This document shows positions 53,745-64,000 of a stretch of DNA of 64,000 bases, one piece after another. This DNA is from the human T2T-CHM13v2.0 reference genome, Homo sapiens. The notes below the pieces were generated by a model. That model did not search any database, was not told where the DNA came from, and worked only from the letters and a program-made list of their open reading frames with translations. The first letter of the stretch is position 1. Each line of letters begins with the position of its first letter. The translations under genes and the position numbers were made by a program. The DNA is taken from assembly GCF_009914755.1 (NCBI RefSeq), contig NC_060930.1. One strand, given 5' to 3'.

Positions 53745-56700
53745 GTGCTCTGAGTGAAGAGGCTCAGTAAGGAGGAGAAAGAAACAACAGAAGAAAATGA
53801 GCTTGAAGAAATGGGATTCCAGTTTAGAGATTTGTCAAATATATCAAAATAAATAAATAAATAAATAAACAGAGGCCAGAGAAGTTAGGGGGCAGACCGC
53901 TGTGGAAGTAGCTACTCTGTGGGCTCCCCACTGGGCCCAAGAACAAGACACACAGGAAGCCAGAGACCAACTGTGGTGCTTGACCCTCCATGTGGCAAAG
54001 TGAGACAGGAAAGCCACGAGAAGTCAGTGAGGGATGTGAAGACCTGTGTTGTGGGGGACTCAGAGGTCCCCTGATGTGTTGGCTGCATGCTGTCGATAAA
54101 GCTGAGGCTCAGAGAGGGAAGGTTACCAGCCTGAAGTCACACAGCCGCCCAGGGACAAGAGCCAGGACCAGAACTCAGCCCGCCTCCCAGCCCAGGGCCC
54201 GCTGCCCTGCTCCTATTCTCTGGTTAAGAAGGAAAACAACTAATGCCTTTGAGAGCACCAGTGCTCGGTGCAGTGCCCGGCCCACCCGGCAAGCACCGTA
54301 TAGGTATTCACGCACTTAACCTCACAACAAGCTGTAAGTGAAGGACTATTACTATCCCTGTTTGACAAAGGTGGAAACTGAGGCACAGAGCCCCTCGGTA
54401 ACTGTTCAGGGCAGCACAACTCATGATGGCAGAGCCAGATTTGAAGCCAGGCCGTCTGCCCCAGTGTCTGGGCTCTTGGCCACTCTATTCTCCTGCATCA
54501 CTGGGGAAAAGGACCGGATTCAGAACGCCAAAGCCACAAAGGGGCTGCCACCAGCAAAGGGAATTTTTTCAAACCCCAAAGGAATCTTCAAACACATTCC
54601 ACAAAGGAGGCTGTGAAAGAAAATGTTGCTTCCTGTCAGGAGGGAAGAGATGCAAATTCAGAGCAAAAAGGGCTCAGCATCTGACGTTTTCCTCCTGTCA
54701 TTCCCATCAAGCTCAGAGGCGAATGCAGACGGGAGCATGTCCCCGTCTGGACGAGCGCATCAGGCAGAGGGAGCCAGGAAAAGTGGCCGCACTGAAAGAA
54801 AAGCAGCAGGCCCGGCGACACCAACCTGGGGACTTACAAAATGCAGAGGTGTCAGGCCCTGCACAGGTCAGAATGGCAGAGGAATCCAAGCCGACAGGCG
54901 CAGTCCCGGAGGCGCACCAAACAAGCGCGTGGTTCATCTTCACAACAGAACAGAGACTGACCTGGCAATCATGAGCAGTCACATTAACACCAACACCTTG
55001 CCAATCTCCAAGCCCTGGCAAGGAGACCCAGCTGGCGCGTGGTGGGTCTCGTGGCTTGGCAGGGGGCACACGTGCCAGGTCCACTTAATTTCCACCCGCA
55101 GCAGAGTGACAGGTGGCGTACAAGGGCAGCGGAAGGCAAGATGGGTCTTGGGTCTAGAAAGCCCTGGTTGATAGGTTAGAATGGGAGGTTCTGGCTGCAG
55201 GGTGGGGCCCACTCCCCTGCGTCCTGGGAAAACACAACGTCAGAGGGCAGAGTGCTCAGCCTTGGGCCGCAGGGTCCCTGGGTCCCAGGAGGCAGCTGGT
55301 GGAACAGTACAGAGGCCTCCCCCTTTGAAGCTGCTAAAAGTCACCTGATACTTGGATACAAGCTAAAGCCAGCGGCAGCACCCCTGCCTGCTTCTACCCA
55401 CCTCAAACCCCCGCTCCCTGCTCATTTCAACCATGGGTCATCTGATGAGGTGGGAGGGTTGCATGCTCCAGGCACTGCCACCATGCAATTGGCCCCAATC
55501 ATTCCTGAACCGAAACGCCAAGCCCTGAGGGGTCACCCCTGACATCCACTCCTTTAGGCCTTGCCGGACGCTTCCTTTCCAGCACTCCTCTGAGAGACAC
55601 ATTCTAAACAAGTAGTTTTCAGTGGGTGTCTGAGGGTGTCTTCAGGATGGGTCCAAATTGTGGGGAACAGGTCTTTGCTCTCATGAAGGATGCCTAGAGC
55701 CAAGGCCATGGAGGGCGAGGATGCAGCCTGTCCGTGCCAGCTGGACCTCAGAGGCGGGCTGCTGTACCCACTCCCATCACAGGTGAGAGGAGGAAGCCCA
55801 GGGAAGAGGGCTGGTCATCTGCTCACTCACTCTTCACTCTGCAGCGTGTGCTGAGGCCCTGCTATGTGCGAGGGAGGGCAGGGGGCACAGAGCTAGGTGG
55901 GGTCCTGTCCCTCCCTGGCCTCAGGAGCCATCAGTGGGGCAGGGGCAGAGGGAAGGGTCAGCAGGCGCTGTAGCCCACCTGAAGGGGCTTCCCAGGGAGC
56001 CTGGGGGGAAAAACTCCACCCCCGCCTGCTCCACCAAGGAGCACAGCTCTGTTTGGGACAGGGCAGGTGAGGGGCACCTGCAGGGAGGAGGGGCCTTGGC
56101 TCTGAGCCTCAATGGCAAGGGGACCCCTCAGGGCCCTGAGCAAGTTAGGCACGACAAGTGGAGATGGTCAGCCAAGCCAGCGCGACCCCAGCACGACCCC
56201 AAGTGCCAAAACATTTCAACATGCGGCATTGGCCTAAAAGAAACTCTCCTCAGCCCCATCTCACATGGCTCCCCACCCCACGGCCACAGGAGCTCCAACC
56301 CAGGCCTCTCATCGCTTCCATCTGCCTGTTCATTCACACCTCCAGGCTTTTGTTCCTACTGTTCTCCCACCTGGCGTGCCCTTTCCTTCCTCCTCTTGTC
56401 CAAATACACCTCCTCCAAGCCCTGCTTGCCTGCCCAGCCTGGCTAGGCTGGAGCCCCCGCAGTCCTGGGATTTGTGTCTTCACTTCAATGGACACATCAC
56501 CACATCCCTTTTTTTACTTATTCAGGCGGGCTCTGCTGAGCACCTACTGTGTGCAGGGCAGGTGCTAGGGCTGGCTGTGCATGGCTCCTCTCATGCCCAC
56601 CAAAAGGGCCTGAGAGCAGGGCCTGCAGCCTGTCTCTGTCTCACGCTGGGGCTGGGAACGTGCCCAGGGAACAGGGCTGGTCGTCTGTTCACTCACACTT

Positions 56701-57204
56701 CACTCTACAGAGTCATATGCTATGCTGAGGCCCTCTATATGCAAAGGAGGGCAGGGGGCACAGCACAGGGGCGAAATAAATCTAGGAAGTCCCAGCCAAC
56801 TGGAGACTCAAGCTGGTGGAGGACTGAGCCTCTTTCCCTTCCTGTCCCCCAGGGCAGCAGCACTGCAGGATGAAGCACCCAAGGCCAGCAGTGAGGAATG
56901 GCAGGAGGCGCACCCCACAGTTCACCTGACGCAGCTGCTGACAGGCCCCAAGTTCCTGCTCCCTACCTTATGCCTCCAGGAATGGATTTCTGTCCTCAGT
57001 GAGTCAGTAGAGAGAGGAAGGGGAACAGCCAGGGAGCTCAGTAGGGCAGGAGGTGGAGGTCCCAGGGTAGCCTGGCCTCACCCCCAATGCCTACACCCCG
57101 TCAGCCTCAGTTTGCCCCTCTGTAGGCTGAGAGAGCAACCTCTCAGGTCTAGGGGTGGGAAGAGAGCTAAAGAAGAAGTGAGTAGTTGGGGGCTGGATTT
57201 TGCA

Positions 57205-57650
57205 ATTAACCATTCATTCAACAAACATTTATTGAGCAACTACTATGTGCCAGGGCTGTGTTAGATGCTGGAGATGCAGCGGAGAACAAAACAGATTAAA
57301 ATCTCTGCCTTGGTGGACCATATACAAACAAATAAAAATGTATTAGTCTGGTGCTATAAAGAAAAACAGAGCAGGGTACGGGGACTGGAGAGTAGGACGG
57401 AGGCAGGGGCTGTTTCAGATAGGCTGGTCAGAGGCCTCTCTGAAGGGAGACATCCGAGAAGACACCTGAAGACACCAAGAATGCAGGCCGTGTGGACATG
57501 CAGGAGAAGCTTTCCCACAGGAGGACCAGCCCGTGCAAAGGCCCTGAGGCGAGCTGGTGCCTGGAACATTTGAGGAGCTGCAAGATAGCTGCTGTGGCAA
57601 GAGCGAGGGAGAGGCACGGAAGGAGGCAAGGCCAGAGAGTGAGGAGAGGC
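57205..57650 (-). mobile_element. L2 LINE 3' end (antisense)
   Basis: CATTCATTCAACAAACATTTATTGAGCAACTACTATGTGCCAGG..GTGCAAAGGCCCTGAGG. Confidence 0.85.
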
Positions 57651-58343
57651 AGCGGAACAGGCACCCTTAATGTGAGTGGGGCCAGCCCCCTTGGCTCTGG
57701 CCGTACAGATCTCCACCTCATCCCCGTGGAGCCTCCGTAGATGGGGTGCTCCATTTACAGCCAGGGACGCCACATGCCGAGAGTCTCACAGCCCACTGGA
57801 TGAGGAGCTGCCCAGCCTGGGCCTCCTGCTGCCCAAGCACTGTCTCCTCAGCGGGCTGCCAGCCATGCCATGCCACTGTGCTGACAGAGGCCATCTACAT
57901 GCAAGTCTGATGCTCAGCCCTGGGAGTCGGAGCAGGAGGTCAGACCCAGCAACAGCTTGACTCACCCGCATCTCTGGAATATCAATGGAGGGCACAGCAA
58001 CACAGCCAAGAGGTAGGGCCTCAGAATTTCCTGCTGTTCAAGGAACGAGACATCCTCCAAGGAGCAGGCCAAGCCCCCCACACTCCTTCCTGCCACACTC
58101 AGAGAGGCCATCTTGTTTCCACCCTTAAGGCACAGATGTGCCCAGACATGCTAGATGCACTTACCTGAGAGGACTAGAGACAAACTCTCGGGTGACCCCG
58201 TGGATAGGACTTCCTGCCCCATGCACCACAGAGGGTAAGTTCAGTGGCTGGGGAGAGTATCTGCAGGATTCAAATCCTGCCCCTGCCACTTCCTAGCTGT
58301 GTGGCCTCATGGGAGTTACTTAACCTCTCTGAGCCTCTGTTTA

Positions 58344-59489
<1,146 letters not shown>

Positions 59490-59654
59490 CTAAGAACCAG
59501 GCTAGCCTGGGCTCCTGTAGTTTTGTCTCTAGCCCCATCCCTGGACACACCTGTATCTCCATTTACGGCACAGCACGGGGCCCAGCACTTCCCAGGCCTC
59601 CCCAGGACTAGCCAGGCCCCAGGTAGGGCTGGGACCCAGGCAGCCAGACCCTGA

Positions 59655-60006
<352 letters not shown>

Positions 60007-63000
60007 ACACATTTTACTCTTATACCTTGCTTTATTCCCATTTCACAGATAAGAAACTGAGCCCAGAAAGACGAAATGATTTTCCCAAGACCGCACAGCC
60101 AATCAGCATCCGAGACAGGGCACAGGTCTGCCCGAAGGAGCCTGACCTCTTAAGCACCTGCCGCCGCTTCTGCAATGCAAGCTGGAGGAGACAGGGTGTA
60201 TAGGTAGAGTACCTGGTCTGACAGCCCTAGCTCCAAGTCCTGCTCTGACACCTGGCTGTGTGACCCTAGGCAAGCCACATCACTTCTCTAAGGCTCAGTT
60301 CTCCCATCTGCAAAATGGGAAAAAAACACCTAGCCCACGGGTGTTTCACCTAGCCACATGGTTATTACCAGGATCTGTAATAGTCACAGGAGGTGTCTGG
60401 CCCAGGCAGGGCTCAGTCAAGGGCCACAGGATTGCCCAGAGCATGTGTAGACAAGGGTGGGAGTGGGGAATGCCAGTGCCAGGGCTTCCTTTAGGCCTGG
60501 TGCCAGTGGCCCAGTCAGTATTGGGCCACTCCAGGTGCCACCTACAGGCTCCCCACCTGCAGGACAGAGCCAGGTTCCCATCCCAGCTCCTCCATGTTCT
60601 AGCTCTGTGGCCTTGGGAAAGTGACCCACCCCCTCTGGCCTCCATTTCCCCATCTATAAAATGGGCATAGTCATGCTCCTCTGAAGCACCCAGAGACCAG
60701 CACACAGTTGGCACCCAGGACTCACTCACCACACTTCCAACATGCATCCCAGCCTGGCCAGCATGCCCTCCCCACCATTCCCCTCTCTGGTGCTCCTCTG
60801 AGCAACTCACAGATGATTTATACTTCAGAGTATGAATCAATACAATATACGGCCAAAGACATCTTTAATCTTTCACAGGGATTAGGCTACAAGGTACAGT
60901 GGCCTCTTTCTACTGGCTGCTCAATTCTGATTTCAATTTGGCCAGCTGAAGTGCAGCTCTCTCTCTCTCTCTCTTCCTTTCTTTTCACCCACTAAAAGAT
61001 GTTCCTCCAAATCAAATTTCATTTATTGGGTTGCGCGACGAGACCTAGCTGCCTGAACTGCCCTGGCCAGGCCCCCGTAGGATGTTGCACACTGGCATGG
61101 GGTGGCCTTGGAAGTTTGGGGACGTGGGAGGCCCAGCCAAGCAGGAAGCCAGGCCCTCAGATGGTGCATGGGGTGTGGCAGGTATTGTGAGGGGCGCCTC
61201 TGCCAGGACAGGAGTGCCCCGAGCTGGAGGCCCTTGCATAATGGCAAATTTTATTTTTCTAGATCATGAAGTCCTTTTAAAAAATCTTGAGTAGACTTTA
61301 TTTTTTCTAACCGCCCAATACTTGATTAGATGTTGATAAAAAAAAAATTAAACAATAGGCTTACCTTCAGCCAAAACACAATGCCCAGACCCCACCCCCA
61401 TCCCATGCCTCTCCTGTCCCTCCAGGCTGTGTGTACATGGGTGTGCCTGTGTGTCCCTGTCATACCCTAGCACTTGCACAGGGGCTGGCCCATGTGGGTC
61501 TCAGTGAGCACGCAAATGACAGAAGACAGAGAAGACAAGAGTACAGAAACAGATGAGACCTCTAGTTCCGGAGCCAGCCATCCTGGGTTCAAATCCCTTC
61601 TCCACCTCTTACTTGCTGTGTGGCCTGGTGCTAGCTATTATTCAGCCTCTCTGTGCCTGCACTTCCTCTCCTGCAAAATGGGGATGAGGCAGCATCTACC
61701 TCGTAGGGCAGGAAGGACTGCCCAGGACAGCAGGTGCTGGGCACAGAGGGAGGCCTGCATGAGCACTGGGGGTGGCTTTGAGGTCCCTCAGGGCAGGGAC
61801 TGAACACAACTGAACACGGAGACTCAGGGCCCTTGATCCCTTCCCCCATCCTATACCTTTGCCCCTAAATCCTGCAGAGGTCATGCATTAAACAGAAAAG
61901 GTAGGAGGTTGGTTTGGGGAAGAGTTGAAGCCACAGAGGAGGAAAGGAGCCAGCAGAGCAGAGTGGGAGGTGCTGTCCAGAGGTAGGTGCCCAGGTCTTG
62001 GGTCTGAGCAAAGGAGGAAAGGACATGTGGGTGGCCCAAGGGAGGGGCTGGGCTCTGGGGCTCGGAGGCTCTGACACTGTCCGCCAGGGTTCCCAGGTGC
62101 TATTGCCAGCCCATCTGGAGCTGGGAGTGGAGTCCTGTTCACCTCTGCTTCCTTTTGCTCTGCCAGGCTGCAGAAGTGGGGAGTAGCCTGGAGCCTCAGC
62201 CATCAGTCAGTGCTGCCCCACTTCCCGCCGCCCCGCTGCCCCCTCCACCAGGTGGAGGCCCCCAAGCAGCTTCAGCTGTACAATTAAAGGGGCTTATCCG
62301 AGATTTATAGCAGGATTATGCCCACGGGGTGTTACCAACGGCAGCCTCTGGACACTCTGTAGTCCTTAGGAAAAGCAATTAGAGTCCTGAGGCCATGAGG
62401 GTATAAATATACAGACGCCATCACCCAAGGTCTCGGGCACTGGTGAGCTGTGTAGAGGCAGGGCCTTGGGAGAGACCAGGGGCAGGGCAGACGGGCCCTC
62501 TCTGCAGGAGGTGGGTCTGCCAGGAGGGAGAAGGGCCTCCCCACTTCCCCCACACACAACAGGGCCCCGAGGAAGTCACAGGCACCATCCTTCAGCCCCA
62601 CAGCCCCCCAGGAGCTGTCCCCTCTTGGCTCACCCCAGCCCAGGTGGAGGCCCCCAGCCTAGGGCTGCCTGCTGCCCCAAGATGCCCACAGCTGCAGCCC
62701 ATGCAGCCAGCCCTCTCAGGGCACCAGCAGCAGCACAGACCCAGCCAGGGGCCTGCTCCCGGGCCCTGCTAGGTGGGAGTCACCTGCCAAGGGGATAACC
62801 CTTGTTATCGCTCAGCCACTTATCACTGGGGACACCTGAAAGCTTTATCACAGAGCATCTGAGGACAGCAATTTAAGGCAATTCAGCACGCTTAATGGGG
62901 GAAGATGGCATCAGGGTACGAGGGGGAGACCTCGAGGAGAATAAATACTTGCCAGAGTTCCTCAAACCCCACCCACAGGGACACCTTCTTTACTGATGCC

Positions 63001-63413
63001 CAAACCAGCACAGACCACCCGCGGCCCTCCACCCTCACCCCCACCACAAACAGGTTAATTTTAGGGGCTCCAAATTCCTCATTCCTCTGAGAGCCTGCCT
63101 GGCTGTCCGCCCATCACCTGAGTCCCTGACAGCCCTCTAAACAAGGCCCCTCGTCGCCCCCCCATCCCTTCCTCTGCTGTGAGGAGAGCGGCCGCCCCGC
63201 AGGCTCCTGCACCAGGGAGGTCAACAGTCCCCTCATCTGCACACCCACGTCTGCAAAGGCCTCACAGTCGCCGTTGACCGGAGTCACCCAGAGCCCAGTG
63301 AGGCCATGGACCAAACCACAGTGCTCAAAGAAGAGGCCGAGGCCCACCTGGCAACAGCCAGGCAGTCAGAGCCTGTATCAGGCCCCGGCTGGGAGCTCCT
63401 GGTGGGTCAGTCA

Positions 63414-63998
<585 letters not shown>

Positions 63999-64000
63999 AA

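Noticed and set aside
62248-62656. 17-bp direct repeat CCAGGTGGAGGCCCCCA (62248 and 62640), first copy CTCF-like
   Set aside because: Short and GC-rich; a chance match is plausible and there is no associated structure.

Overview
Human genomic DNA (primate Alus, MaLR LTRs, MIR/L2) lying entirely inside GRM4 (metabotropic glutamate receptor 4) on the minus strand. Seven consecutive internal coding exons were located by hand, all with GT-AG boundaries and compatible phases: 63470-63686, 31265-31400, 28346-28500, 25916-26056, 9869-10069, 9499-9635 and 4991-5926. They total 1923 nt (641 codons, about residues 174-814: Venus-flytrap domain, cysteine-rich domain, TM1-6). The start and stop codons lie outside the window. 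Exon numbers 3-9 follow my recollection of the canonical transcript. Nearly all other ORFs in the track are noise from GC-rich DNA, Alus or CA-rich repeats. The most interesting unexplained structure is a set of local inverted or templated duplications next to splice signals. (i) A ~230-260 bp non-Alu inverted repeat brackets exon 5. (ii) A 70-bp, 67/70-identical inverted copy exactly covers a candidate 41-nt poison micro-exon, just upstream of a 1.1-kb UG-rich array. (iii) A patchwork templated insertion inside an Alu was copied from intron 7. (iv) Inverted Alus flank the stop-free, phase 0-0, 936-nt exon 9. CA repeats, including a 4.6-kb array, are strongly strand-biased so that they read UG on the pre-mRNA. 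All functional interpretations of these structures are hypotheses, not demonstrated.
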